Notes: generated from the letters alone by a model not told the origin. A stretch of DNA of 64,000 bases from Candidatus Poribacteria bacterium (GCA_965198235.1 OZ240248.1:512001-576000); one strand, 5' to 3'; shown: positions 20,268 through 30,367, counted from the first letter of the stretch. Translations and numbers: made by a program.

Positions 20268-20834
20268 TTAGTTCAATTCTTCCACTTCGAGCAAGCCCAA
20301 GTCAACGGAGGTGGAGCGACCGAAAAGCGAAATGCTGAGGCGTAATCGTTGATGTTCCATGTCAATTTCCTCGATTTCGCCGGGGAATCCACTAAACGGA
20401 CCGTTTATCACCTTGACCTTATCGCCTATTTCATATTCCATTGCGGGCACTGGTGGGGCTTCCTCTTCCTCGGTTGACATCTGGAGCATTGCTTCGACAT
20501 CAGTAGAACTCAGAGGCGATGGATGTGAGGTGGGCCCTAAGAAGTTCATGACTCCCGGTGTTTCCTGTATGAGAGACCAACTTTTTTGCCCAATCGGATT
20601 GTCGACATGTGGACCGAGTTCATGGGTAGTATTAACAAGGACGTAACCCGGATAAGAGGGTCGGAGGCTAACTTTCCGTTGGCTGTCTTTAACCTCTACA
20701 ACCTCAGTTTCTGGGACATTAACTTGCAGGATTTCGTCCTGTAACTCTTCCCTCGCAATCATGTTGTCGAGGTTAAGTTTAACCTTTTTCTCATGTCCAG
20801 TGTATATTTGAACGACGTACCAGTATCCATCCAT
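20268..20834 (-). CDS. nusG: Transcription termination/antitermination factor NusG
   Basis: WYVVQIYTGHEKKV, YPGYVLV, KOW motif VKVINGPFSGF, FGRST. Confidence 0.96.
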   Translation of the reverse strand: MDGYWYVVQIYTGHEKKVKLNLDNMIAREELQDEILQVNVPETEVVEVKDSQRKVSLRPSYPGYVLVNTTHELGPHVDNPIGQKSWSLIQETPGVMNFLGPTSHPSPLSSTDVEAMLQMSTEEEEAPPVPAMEYEIGDKVKVINGPFSGFPGEIEEIDMEHQRLRLSISLFGRSTSVDLGLLEVEELN

Positions 20835-20865
20835 ATTCTGATTCACCAGTGTATGCACATTATCG

Positions 20866-21288
20866 TTAGCGAATAAAGAGGGTTCTGAGGAAAGCCATAC
20901 CGAAACCTTCAAGGGAATTATTCAGGACATATTGGTTTACAAGTACAACAATTAAGGGGATACAGGCTATTGCTGCCGCTATCACTTTCCGACTTCCCTC
21001 GTTCCCATCAGACAATTCGGCTTCTCTGCTACTTTGCGGCTGATTCTCCCAACTTCGCATAATAAAGAAAACAACAATTGGGAGAGCGACCAGAAAGATC
21101 CAACCCAGCGGGTTGTTCCATTGCGGAAAAGCGGAGTTGCCATCGACTAACCCGATGTAAAGTCCTAACAAAGCGGAAGCAACAATAACAGTAATAGTGC
21201 TTCCTTGGACTTCTTTGGCATCCGGTTTAGACACTCTTTGCCATTCTTGATTAATTCCCTGAATGTAATTTTTCAAACGAGCTATCAT
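20866..21288 (-). CDS. secE: Preprotein translocase SecE with C-terminal extension
   Basis: E..RVSKP..EV..ST.TV core plus TM; canonical position between tRNA-Trp and nusG. Confidence 0.8.
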   Translation of the reverse strand: MIARLKNYIQGINQEWQRVSKPDAKEVQGSTITVIVASALLGLYIGLVDGNSAFPQWNNPLGWIFLVALPIVVFFIMRSWENQPQSSREAELSDGNEGSRKVIAAAIACIPLIVVLVNQYVLNNSLEGFGMAFLRTLFIR

Positions 21289-21300
21289 AAGATTAAAAGG

Positions 21301-21374
21301 CAGGCCAGGAGGGATTCGAACCCCCAACATTCGGTTTTGGAGACCGACGCTCTAGCCGTTGGAGCTACTGGCCT
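21301..21374 (-). tRNA. tRNA-Trp(CCA)
   Basis: AGGCCAG acceptor, CT-CCA-AA anticodon loop, GGTTCGAATCC; 3' CCA not encoded. Confidence 0.95.
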
Positions 21375-21451
21375 GCAAGTTTTGCGTAGGAGATCGCACA
21401 CCTAATATTTAACGGTTAGAGTGGTGTTGTCTATGTCACCTACTCAAAAAG

Positions 21452-21604
21452 TTATCGCGTTTCCTTGTGGGATGTATGCTTTCGACAGAAGCGACAGTAT
21501 TTCTTCCGTTCGTATCGATTTTGGTTTGTCCGGCGGTTCCGGGTTGTCACATAATTCCGCTGACTACATACATCACATGCTAATGTTACAATGTCTCTGG
21601 GCAT
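21452..21604 (-). CDS. rpmG: 50S ribosomal protein L33 (zinc-binding C+ form)
   Basis: [30 protein letters not shown]. Confidence 0.96.
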   Translation of the reverse strand: MPRDIVTLACDVCSQRNYVTTRNRRTNQNRYERKKYCRFCRKHTSHKETR

Positions 21605-21628
21605 AATAAGCACTCTACTTTCGATAAA

Positions 21629-21704
<76 letters not shown>

Positions 21705-21724
21705 AAAAATAAAAAACACCAACA

Positions 21725-21797
21725 AGCGGGAGACGGGAATCGAACCCGCGACACATGGCTTGGAAGGCCAATGCTCTACCAGCTGAGCTACTCCCGC
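21725..21797 (-). tRNA. tRNA-Gly(TCC)
   Basis: GCGGGAG acceptor, CT-TCC-AA, GGTTCGATTCC. Confidence 0.95.
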
Positions 21798-21801
21798 ATA
21801 A

Positions 21802-21938
21802 TACGAAGTTGGGAACTGCCATACTACTGAAGCATGGTAATCTGGAACCTATAGCGAATGCGCTCGTAGTATGGAAAATTTGCAAACTGCTCCGTGGACC
21901 CATCCCTCGACCAGATCCCGCTGCGATGCTACTTCGTA
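21802..21938 (-). ncRNA. Candidate structured RNA in the tRNA-Tyr/tRNA-Gly spacer
   Basis: Nested stems tacgaagt/acttcgta, gggatctg/cagttccc, ccatactac/gtagtatgg; no known family recognised. Confidence 0.35.
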
Positions 21939-21949
21939 ATAAAAGCAGA

Positions 21950-22031
21950 TGGGGGCAGATGGATTCGAACCACCGTAGGCATAGCCAACAGATTTACAGT
22001 CTGCCCTATTTGACCGCTCTAGCATACCCCC
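21950..22031 (-). tRNA. tRNA-Tyr(GTA)
   Basis: GGGGGTA acceptor, CT-GTA-AA, long variable arm, GGTTCGAATCC. Confidence 0.95.
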
Positions 22032-22040
22032 ATTAAGAAA

Positions 22041-22112
22041 AGCTGACGAGAGGAATCGAACCTCCAACCTAGTGATTACAAATCACTTGCTCTACCATTG
22101 AGCCACGTCAGC
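22041..22112 (-). tRNA. tRNA-Thr(TGT)
   Basis: GCTGACG acceptor, TT-TGT-AA, GGTTCGATTCC. Confidence 0.95.
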
Positions 22113-22122
22113 AGCACTTTTA

Positions 22123-22151
22123 ATTATACCCACTTTATTGGGAATTGTCAA
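22123..22151 (-). promoter_or_regulatory. Consensus sigma70 promoter of the tRNA operon
   Basis: TTGACA-17nt-TATAAT about 10 nt upstream of tRNA-Thr(TGT). Confidence 0.85.
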
Positions 22152-22226
22152 GTGCCTTCAATTTTTTTGGCGATTTCTTCGGCGAGAGGTTGTTTTGGTA
22201 GGAGCAATTTCCGCCATTGACGAGAT

Positions 22227-22571
22227 CTAAATACCTTCCTCGCGCTCCTCTGCGTCAGTATCTTGTTCGCGTGCGAGGAGTTCTTCATCGAATATATCAC
22301 TCCCGTCGTCTGAATCCTGCGAGTCGGTAAAAATCGACGGTGTATTCTGGGCTGGTGCTTTGACCTCGCTTTTTTCAAAGTGAAGTTTACCTTCAACCAA
22401 TTCTTGTGTTGCAATGGCGACAGGTTTCTTCTTTTTATCTGCAGTGCTTGAAGGCGCAATAGGCAAACCGTCTGCATTTATATCTCTGGCGCGTTTTGCG
22501 GCAATATTCACTGCAAGATATTTATTTGATACGCGTTTCACTAAGTCCTCGTTGTAAACCACTTCGTTCAT
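22227..22571 (-). CDS. rpoZ: RNA polymerase omega subunit with acidic tail
   Basis: SNKYLAVNIAAKRAR..KPVAIATQEL..GK. Confidence 0.88.
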   Translation of the reverse strand: MNEVVYNEDLVKRVSNKYLAVNIAAKRARDINADGLPIAPSSTADKKKKPVAIATQELVEGKLHFEKSEVKAPAQNTPSIFTDSQDSDDGSDIFDEELLAREQDTDAEEREEGI

Positions 22572-22662
22572 TTTGTTTCTCCTCATTAAATATAGATTCA
22601 GATCAAACGTATTATAATTATACTTAATTTTCCTTAAAAGTCAAATTAAAATGGCAGAAAAG

Positions 22663-22691
22663 TTGACAAACAGGTTATAAAATGTTAAAAT
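22663..22691 (+). promoter_or_regulatory. Sigma70 promoter of mqnC
   Basis: TTGACA-17nt-TAAAAT. Confidence 0.6.
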
Positions 22692-22742
22692 TGAATATTA
22701 GATTCGGCCTTAGTATGCTTTATGAATTGAGGAAACTTGTAA

Positions 22743-23810
22743 ATGGATACAAACATCCAATCTATCCTTGAGAAATCGCTTGCGGGAGAACGGTTAGACT
22801 TTGACGACTGCCTGACGCTTTTCAAGAGCCACGATTTACTTGCTCTGGGGCACGCTGCGGATATTGTCCGGCAACGCAAACATCCGGAAGGCTACGTCAC
22901 TTACATTGTTGACCGAAACATCAACTATACCAATTGGTGTTATGTTGACTGCGATTTTTGTGCTTTTTACCGCCATCGTCGGGATCCTGACGCTTATGTT
23001 ATGGAGCGGGAAGAACTGGGGAAAAAGATACAGGAAACACTGGATCTTGGTGGTGAGTTGATTCTCATGCAAGGTGGATTGCATCCGAAACTCAAACTTG
23101 ACTGGTACGAAGATCTCCTCCGTTGGATCAAAGCAAATTACCGCATTCATATCCATGGGTTTTCCCCCCCAGAGTTGGACTGGTTTGCCAAGATAAACCG
23201 TATGTCGTTGCGAGAAATGCTTATCCGGTTGCGAGATGCTGGGCTCGATTCGATTCCTGGCGGCGGTGCAGAGATTCTCACTGACCATGCCCGTAATGAG
23301 ATTAGCCATAAGAAGTGCACCGCTGATGAGTGGCTGGAGGTCATGCGTCAGGGACACTTGGTTGGACTCAAGTCAAGCGCGACGATGATGTATGGGCATG
23401 TAGAAAGTTACGCCGAACGTGTTGAGCACCTCGTCAGGCTGCGTGATTTGCAAGATGAGACAGGTGGATTCACAGCGTTTATCTGCTGGTCGCTACAACC
23501 CGCCAATACCCGTATGGATCACATACCACCGGCAGGGAGTTTTGAATATCTCAAAACGCTTGCTATTTCGCGATTGTTCTTGGATAATTTCGACAACTTT
23601 CAATCTTCATGGGTAACCCAAGGTCCGAAGATCGGGCAATTATCACTTAAATTCGGTGCGAATGATATGGGTGGTACAATGATAGAGGAGAATGTTGTCA
23701 GCAAAGCTGGAACGGTCTATTGTATGCCGATTGAGGAGATTGAACGCACTATAGCCGAGTTAGATTATATTCCCAAACGCCGCAACTTCTTCTATGAACT
23801 CCTTAATTAA
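22743..23810 (+). CDS. mqnC: Cyclic dehypoxanthinyl futalosine synthase (radical SAM)
   Basis: VTYIVDRNINYTNWCYVDCDFCAF, SIPGGGAEIL, SSWVTQG, GANDMGGTMIEENVV. Confidence 0.9.
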   Translation: MDTNIQSILEKSLAGERLDFDDCLTLFKSHDLLALGHAADIVRQRKHPEGYVTYIVDRNINYTNWCYVDCDFCAFYRHRRDPDAYVMEREELGKKIQETLDLGGELILMQGGLHPKLKLDWYEDLLRWIKANYRIHIHGFSPPELDWFAKINRMSLREMLIRLRDAGLDSIPGGGAEILTDHARNEISHKKCTADEWLEVMRQGHLVGLKSSATMMYGHVESYAERVEHLVRLRDLQDETGGFTAFICWSLQPANTRMDHIPPAGSFEYLKTLAISRLFLDNFDNFQSSWVTQGPKIGQLSLKFGANDMGGTMIEENVVSKAGTVYCMPIEEIERTIAELDYIPKRRNFFYELLN

Positions 23811-23881
23811 TTACCACCGGAGCCTTCACCCCGACAAAGTGTCGAACCCTCAAATTGAGATTGCTCGGCTTAGAGTTTGAG

Positions 23882-25327
23882 ATGCCTGATACCCGTCCCA
23901 ACATCCTTTTAATCACCACCGACCAACAACGTGGTGATTGTTTGGGCTTGGACCCCAACGGGCCCGACTGCCTACAGACACCAAACTTAGATTGGATCGG
24001 TCGCACCGGCACGCATTTTCGCCGTGGATATGCTGAATGCCCGAGTTGTATTCCGGCTCGACGTAGTTTGATGACCGGTACCGCGCCAGCCGCCAACGGT
24101 GGGGTTGGATTTAAAGGAGCACCGTGGAACCCGTCCCATACCCTGGCAGGTGAATTGTCTGCAGCTGGTTATCAAACCGAGATGATCGGCAAACTACACC
24201 TGACCCCACCGCGTAAACGGTACGGTTTCGACCACCTCCAACTGGCTGATGCCACCCGTGGGGATGATAACGACTATGTCGATTGGTTGCGGCAATATCA
24301 CCGCCGCAACGATGTTCATCCGGGTGTTGCCCACGGTGTCTCCGCTAACGGATGGATCGGTCGCCCGCATCATCTACCGGAAGAGCAGATGCACACCTTC
24401 TGGTGTATCGACCGCGCCCTCAATTTTCTGCAAAAACGCGACCCGACGGTGCCCTTTTTTCTCAACATCTCGTTTATAGATCCACACCCACCGTTAACTC
24501 CACCGGCACATTATTACCAGCGCTACATCCAGCGGGATATTCCTTCACCCGTGATTGGTGACTGGGCACCCGAATTCGAAGGAGCTGAGAAGGGGTTAGA
24601 TCCAAACGCTTGGGAAATCTGCCTCGACGACCACGACATGCAGTGTGCTCGTGCGGCTTATTACGGGATGATCAATTTTATCGACGATCAGATCGGCCGC
24701 CTGATCCAGTCCACGGGCGGACTGGCGGACTGTTTGATCGTTTTCACCTCCGACCACGGTGAGATGCTGGGCGATCACAACCTGTACCGAAAAACCTGGC
24801 CCTACGAAGCCTCGGCACGAGTGCCTTTTCTGATACGGGCCCCGGCGAAATGGGGCTACCGAAAAGAATCCGTCTGCCAAAGTCCCGTCGGTCTACAGGA
24901 CATCATGCCCACCATTTTGGACGCTGCCGGAGTTGAGATTCCCAGTATCTGCACTGGTAGAAGTCTACTACCCATCATGCGAGGGGATACTGACCGGGTG
25001 CGGGACCATCTGCATGGAGAGCACTCCGGTTGTTACGATTATAGTCATGGTAACCACTATGTAACCGACGGACATCACAAGTACGTGTGGTATTCCCAAA
25101 CCGGTCAGGAACATCTCTTCAATCTACAGGACGATCCCCACGAAACATACGATCTGGCAAGCTTAAGTGGATCGGAAACCCTCCTAATCCCCTGGCGGAA
25201 TCGTTTGATCGAGTTTCTCCGTCACCGTCCCGAAGGCTTTACCGATGGCACAAATCTCATAGTGGGGCAAACGCATGATGCCTTGCTGCCGGACTATCAT
25301 CCGGATGCCACCTATCCGTACTCATGA
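23882..25327 (+). CDS. Formylglycine-type sulfatase
   Basis: PNILLITTDQQR, CIPAR.SLMTG, GKLH, FTSDHGEMLGDH. Confidence 0.92.
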   Translation: MPDTRPNILLITTDQQRGDCLGLDPNGPDCLQTPNLDWIGRTGTHFRRGYAECPSCIPARRSLMTGTAPAANGGVGFKGAPWNPSHTLAGELSAAGYQTEMIGKLHLTPPRKRYGFDHLQLADATRGDDNDYVDWLRQYHRRNDVHPGVAHGVSANGWIGRPHHLPEEQMHTFWCIDRALNFLQKRDPTVPFFLNISFIDPHPPLTPPAHYYQRYIQRDIPSPVIGDWAPEFEGAEKGLDPNAWEICLDDHDMQCARAAYYGMINFIDDQIGRLIQSTGGLADCLIVFTSDHGEMLGDHNLYRKTWPYEASARVPFLIRAPAKWGYRKESVCQSPVGLQDIMPTILDAAGVEIPSICTGRSLLPIMRGDTDRVRDHLHGEHSGCYDYSHGNHYVTDGHHKYVWYSQTGQEHLFNLQDDPHETYDLASLSGSETLLIPWRNRLIEFLRHRPEGFTDGTNLIVGQTHDALLPDYHPDATYPYS

Positions 25328-25463
25328 CGTGTGTTCAACCTAAACACACTTTCGACAGCAGTGGATAGCACCCACACAAGCGTGCGGGGTCGAAATGCTA
25401 TCCAACAGGCTTAGTAGCATTATAACATATTTGCTAAAGCATGGAGATTTGGCGGGAAGAGTG

Positions 25464-27422
25464 TTAACGATAATCCGGATGTATCCAGAGTTCACTCGCC
25501 TTTTTGCGTGCGGCGAACCAATTCAAATATATTTCCCGTTTTTTTGCTTGAATGAGGGCTTGACGATGCCGGGCTTTCTCAGCCGGGTCCATTTGGAACG
25601 TTTCAATGTCTGGTTCTTCCCTTTCAATGAGTTGAACAATGTAGACGGCGTTGTTGCCTTTGAAGGGACCACCAATGTCATCAACCTTCATCCGAAATGC
25701 TGCGAACATAGTTTCAGACGAACTTCCCATACCGGCAATATAATCGCTGTTTGGGCCGAGCGCGAACAAGTTGCTTTCTTGGACAGAAAGCCGGTCTGTC
25801 GCTAAGCCGTCAGGAGCATCATACTTTTCCAATAAGGCATCCAAGGATGTGGTATCTGCACGTTTATTGAACAGGTTTTGTGCATCCGTAAAGGCACGCT
25901 CCTTAGATTTTTCCGTCTTCAGATCGCTGAAAACCTGTGGTATGATTTCCGAAAAAGGTGGGACAGTCGCCGGTTTTTTTTCAAAAACGGTGGCGACAAA
26001 ATAGGCTTCCACCCGTTCTCCATCCGATTTTTTCGCCTCAATAACCTTTATTACGTTCACTTCCATATCAAAGAGTTCTTCGATTAACCCGTGATAGCCC
26101 CATCTTGCACCAATCTGTGGGATAGTTGTAACATCACGGCTGAAGAACCCGGTTTCCAGCGCAATGAGGGAAAGTTCCTTATATCTTTCAAGTGCAAGAG
26201 CCGCTTCATAGTCCTGAATTTCGATTTCATACAGAAGGTCAGACGCAACTTCTTTTGCCTCATCAACGCCGCTTACTTGAACGAGTTTTTGTCGGATGTC
26301 GTATTGGACCTGGTCGAACGGTTGAACTTCTGGTGCTCTCTTCTCCTCTAATTTGATGATGTGATACCCGAATGACGTTTCGACCAAGCCACTGACTTCT
26401 CCCGGTTCCAAGATGTCGAAGGCTGTTTCCTCAAAGGGTTTCACCATGTCACCACGTGCGAAGTAGTCACCGGGTGGAAGCTTTGGGTTTCCACCTCTCA
26501 ATGCACCACCTTGGACACTGGAAGGTCCCTCTGAATGCGTCATTGCCAGTTCGGCGAAATCTGCACCTGCTGAGAGTTCTGCGTTGATAGTTTTGAGAAG
26601 TTCCTCTGCAGCAGTTTTGGTTTCTGCCTTTTGTTCGTCGGTTGCGTTATCAGGAAACTTTTTCAAGATATGGCGTGCTTTAACCACTTCCAGTGTCGTA
26701 AACTCCGCTTGGTTTTCCTCATAATACGTAGCAACGTCTTCGTCTGAAACGAGATCGGCAGGATTCACCCTGATAAACTTTACATTCACCTGTTCTTCCG
26801 ATTTATAGTTCTTCCGATTTTTCTCAAAGTACGCCTCTGCTTCTGTTTCATCTACCTCAGCTGTTGCGGTATAATCACTATGCTTAAATTCAATAAATTT
26901 AACTTTTGCCTTGTCTGATTCAAGTCGATATGCTTGTTCTGCCTCAGTATCGGTTACCAACTCAAGTGATTGGACACTATCTCGGAGTGCAGTGGAACTG
27001 AGTAGTAAACGAATATTCTCTGTGTAGAGGTCTGCTGCCCCGAATTGTTGGTAAAGATTGTACCGCTCGACTCGGCGTGCGTCACTTCGGATGTAGCGTT
27101 CTATTTCAGCATGACCGATATCTTCACTTCCTTCAATGGTTTGTTGTACCCAGCGATCGATTACCGATTTTTGGGTTGCCTCTCGGTCAGGCGCGCCGAA
27201 CCTCTGGTTCCGTCTTTGAGTTTCCAAGGCATTGGCGACAGCACTTTCAAATTCTTCGCGTTTGACTTCTGTGTTATTAATCCTGAGAATGACTTCTCCC
27301 TCGGGACCTTCACCGCCGCCCCGCGTATTGCTGTAGAGGAACACTGTCCCCACAAGGAACACAATGGCGATTATCCACATAAAGAGTTGCGCAATAAATT
27401 TTTCGCGTAGAAAGATAATCAT
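25464..27422 (-). CDS. PpiD/SurA-like periplasmic peptidyl-prolyl isomerase
   Basis: N-terminal TM anchor, parvulin domain (KARHIL..FAELA..GG.L..MVKPFE..SFGYHII). Confidence 0.88.
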   Translation of the reverse strand: MIIFLREKFIAQLFMWIIAIVFLVGTVFLYSNTRGGGEGPEGEVILRINNTEVKREEFESAVANALETQRRNQRFGAPDREATQKSVIDRWVQQTIEGSEDIGHAEIERYIRSDARRVERYNLYQQFGAADLYTENIRLLLSSTALRDSVQSLELVTDTEAEQAYRLESDKAKVKFIEFKHSDYTATAEVDETEAEAYFEKNRKNYKSEEQVNVKFIRVNPADLVSDEDVATYYEENQAEFTTLEVVKARHILKKFPDNATDEQKAETKTAAEELLKTINAELSAGADFAELAMTHSEGPSSVQGGALRGGNPKLPPGDYFARGDMVKPFEETAFDILEPGEVSGLVETSFGYHIIKLEEKRAPEVQPFDQVQYDIRQKLVQVSGVDEAKEVASDLLYEIEIQDYEAALALERYKELSLIALETGFFSRDVTTIPQIGARWGYHGLIEELFDMEVNVIKVIEAKKSDGERVEAYFVATVFEKKPATVPPFSEIIPQVFSDLKTEKSKERAFTDAQNLFNKRADTTSLDALLEKYDAPDGLATDRLSVQESNLFALGPNSDYIAGMGSSSETMFAAFRMKVDDIGGPFKGNNAVYIVQLIEREEPDIETFQMDPAEKARHRQALIQAKKREIYLNWFAARKKASELWIHPDYR

Positions 27423-27808
27423 GTCTTAAAGGTATCTCCTGAATATAATACAAGGAATGAATTTGGTCTATTCCCAGACCAAATTCGGTTTCTATTACTT
27501 TACAGACAAAGGTGTTAATATTATACACATAAACAGGCGAAATGTCAAATTATCGTAAATCCACTGATTCTTCGGAGACAGTCGTAAGATTTACTGGAAT
27601 AGGCGGTTTTTATACTTGTATGCAGTGAGGGTTGAAACGAAATAGGTTTATAGAATTCGTCTTATTCAGGCATCAGATAGCCGAAAACAAATCGGATTTT
27701 GGGGATTCAGAATAAAAATTTGCTAATTTTTCAAATTTGCTATATACTAATTAGCAAATATCAAGGGCGTTGCTTGTATGTCCTTATCAAAACTCAGCAA
27801 GACACACG

Positions 27809-28729
27809 ATGCAGATTCGGGATGCAACAGATTTTAGTTTGAAATATACCTTAGAATCGGGACAGTCGTTTCGATGGAATCGAATGGATGATGCCTATTA
27901 CGGTGTCGTGGAGGGACGCATCCTCAAAATTTGTCAAGTAGGAACTACTTTGCGTGTTGAGAGTTCTACCACCGAGGATAAGACTACCTTCATACCATTT
28001 CTCCAACACTATCTTGACCTTGGACGCGATGTTCCAAATATCCTTGCCGAAGTAGCCAATGATGCCTATATGCATCGGACAATTGAGAAACTTTGGGGGA
28101 TGCGCATTCTCAACCAAGAGCTCTGGGAAACGGTGGCATCGTTTATTCTATCTCAGAACAACAATGTATCCCGGATTCGTGGGATTATCCGCCGACTCTC
28201 CGAGCGCTTTGGCGAACAGTTGACGCTTGCACGTTACGTGGATTATAGTTTTCCGAGTCCAGAAGCACTTGCAACCACAACAGAGGATGAACTTCTCGCG
28301 TGTGGTGTCGGCTATCGAGCAAGCTATCTTCGAGATGCTGCGGCAGCAGTTGTTAGTGGTGAACTTGTGCTCACGGCGATGAAGGAAATGTCGTATCCTG
28401 AGGCAAAGCGTGAATTAATGCGCCAAAAAGGTATAGGTGAGAAGGTAGCCGATTGTATCTGTCTATTTTCGCTTGGACATCTTGCAGCACTACCGATTGA
28501 TGTTTGGATAAAACGAATCTTTGAGACACTTTATCTGCGTCGGCGTGCTACGTATCATGAGATACGCGAGTTCGCGCACACCTACTTCGGGGATCGCGTG
28601 GGGTACGCGCAGCAGTACCTTTTTCACTACGTCCATGAATGTCCAGATTGGGCGGATGCTGAGCACCTATCGCTGATTGAAACGAGTGTTACTGCTACGG
28701 TGGAGAATCGTAAATCCGCCGCGAATTAA
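27809..28729 (+). CDS. 8-oxoguanine DNA glycosylase (Ogg1-type)
   Basis: TLESGQSFRW, SFILSQNNN, GVGYRA, HhH GIGEKVADC, PIDVW, GYAQQYLF. Confidence 0.9.
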   Translation: MQIRDATDFSLKYTLESGQSFRWNRMDDAYYGVVEGRILKICQVGTTLRVESSTTEDKTTFIPFLQHYLDLGRDVPNILAEVANDAYMHRTIEKLWGMRILNQELWETVASFILSQNNNVSRIRGIIRRLSERFGEQLTLARYVDYSFPSPEALATTTEDELLACGVGYRASYLRDAAAAVVSGELVLTAMKEMSYPEAKRELMRQKGIGEKVADCICLFSLGHLAALPIDVWIKRIFETLYLRRRATYHEIREFAHTYFGDRVGYAQQYLFHYVHECPDWADAEHLSLIETSVTATVENRKSAAN

Positions 28730-28756
28730 TAAATATACCACTTTGGAGGAATTAAT

Positions 28757-29158
28757 ATGTCTGACGCATTAGAACAAAGTATTGTATCACTGCTGGAGGA
28801 ACGTGTTGAACTTGCGATTTCAACTGTTCAGGAATTGAGAGCAGACAAGTTGGAACTTGAGGCTGAAAATGCCCGGCTCAACAGTGGTTTACTGCAACGC
28901 GATGCACAGATTCAGGATCTTGAAGATCGTAATAGCGACCTTAGGGAAGAACTTGATTCAGAGCGTGCAGCCACCTCGGATGAACGATCAGAGATCCGCG
29001 AGAGACTTGAAGGTTTGATGGATGTCCTTATTGCATCAGATGAAAGTCCGGTAGATACAAACAATGAAATCACTTTCGAGGCAGAGACTGATGAATCGGA
29101 CGGCGAGGCAGCTGAAGCTGAGAAGTCAATGCGTCCGAGAGTCTTTGGGAGTATTTAG
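28757..29158 (+). CDS. ZapB-like coiled-coil protein
   Basis: LEERVELAI..VQELR coiled coil ending IRERLEGLM; GGAGG SD. Confidence 0.6.
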   Translation: MSDALEQSIVSLLEERVELAISTVQELRADKLELEAENARLNSGLLQRDAQIQDLEDRNSDLREELDSERAATSDERSEIRERLEGLMDVLIASDESPVDTNNEITFEAETDESDGEAAEAEKSMRPRVFGSI

Positions 29159-29172
29159 AGACTTAATTACTC

Positions 29173-30324
29173 GTGCGTGTCTTAGTCCTTTCTCATTCCT
29201 ACATTATGAAGCCGTACCGACAAAAGTTCGCTCTCATTGCGGAACGTCCGGATGTCACGTTACGGGTTGTGGTTCCTGCACGTTGGTATGAAAGTTTCCA
29301 AGATATTGTCTTTGAACCAGACTCGGACACGCCGTGTGAAGAATTCCCGTGTCCAATCCGATTCTCGGGGTACGGCAGTCGTTTTTACTACCGCCATGGT
29401 GTGAAGTCCCACTTCCGAGATTTTCAACCGGATATTATCCACTTAGAGGAGGAGGCGTGGAGCCTCAACGCACTACAGACAGTTCGGTTGAAACGGAAAT
29501 ATTGTCCAAACAGTTGTTTTATTTTTCGAACATCACTTAGTATACCGACCAAACAGCGGTTTGGCTTTTTGCCTGTGTGGATTGAACGCCGTGTCTTTCG
29601 AGAAACGGATAGAGCTTTCCCGCTGAGTGTGAATGCTGGTAAGATTCTAACCCAACGAGGTTACACCGGACAACAAACCCCGTTCCCGAATGGAGTTGAC
29701 GTGCGGCATTTCTATAAAATGGATGTCAGCAAGTTGAAGAATTCATTGCAGCTTAGCGACTGTTTTGTGGTTGGTTACGTCGGCAGATTGCTTCAGATGA
29801 AGGGAATAGATACGCTTCTTGAGGCTGCGGCACACCTTGTAAGCCAGGATACGACGCGCACATATAAACTTTTAATCGTTGGGCAAGGTGAAGATAAACA
29901 TAGTTTTCAAAAAACTGCCGAAACCCTTGGAATTTCTGGACATATTGTGTGGATAGACGCCGTGCCCCCAGAAGAGGTAGCCGCCTATATTAATTGTATG
30001 GATACACTGGTTCTGCCATCTCGGACAACAACCGGATGGGTAGAATTCTTCGGTAGGGTGCTTATCGAGGGAATGGCATGCGAAGTGCCGGTTGTCGGTT
30101 CAGATTCTGGCGAAATTCCACACGTGATTGATAGCGCGGGACTTGTTTTCCCTGAGGACGACATAGAGGCTTTGGCAGAACAGATACATCGCATCGCGAG
30201 CGATGCCTGTCTTCGGAACGATTTAGTTGAAGGTGGGCTTAACCGCGTCAAGGATTTTACATGGGAGACGATTGCGGAGCAGACCTATCAGGTATATCAG
30301 GAGTTGCTTGAGGGTGCTTCGTAG
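29173..30324 (+). CDS. Glycosyltransferase family 4
   Basis: PNGVD, GYVGRL..KG, LPS..EFFGRVLIEGMAC..PVVGS. Confidence 0.9.
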   Translation: MRVLVLSHSYIMKPYRQKFALIAERPDVTLRVVVPARWYESFQDIVFEPDSDTPCEEFPCPIRFSGYGSRFYYRHGVKSHFRDFQPDIIHLEEEAWSLNALQTVRLKRKYCPNSCFIFRTSLSIPTKQRFGFLPVWIERRVFRETDRAFPLSVNAGKILTQRGYTGQQTPFPNGVDVRHFYKMDVSKLKNSLQLSDCFVVGYVGRLLQMKGIDTLLEAAAHLVSQDTTRTYKLLIVGQGEDKHSFQKTAETLGISGHIVWIDAVPPEEVAAYINCMDTLVLPSRTTTGWVEFFGRVLIEGMACEVPVVGSDSGEIPHVIDSAGLVFPEDDIEALAEQIHRIASDACLRNDLVEGGLNRVKDFTWETIAEQTYQVYQELLEGAS

Positions 30325-30367
30325 GTTGGTGACTGGAATTAGAATCTGGAAACATGGAAAGGGAACA

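Noticed and set aside
28757-29172. zapB-zapA-6S RNA locus
   Set aside because: The ZapB-like gene is followed directly by a glycosyltransferase, with no room for zapA or ssrS.
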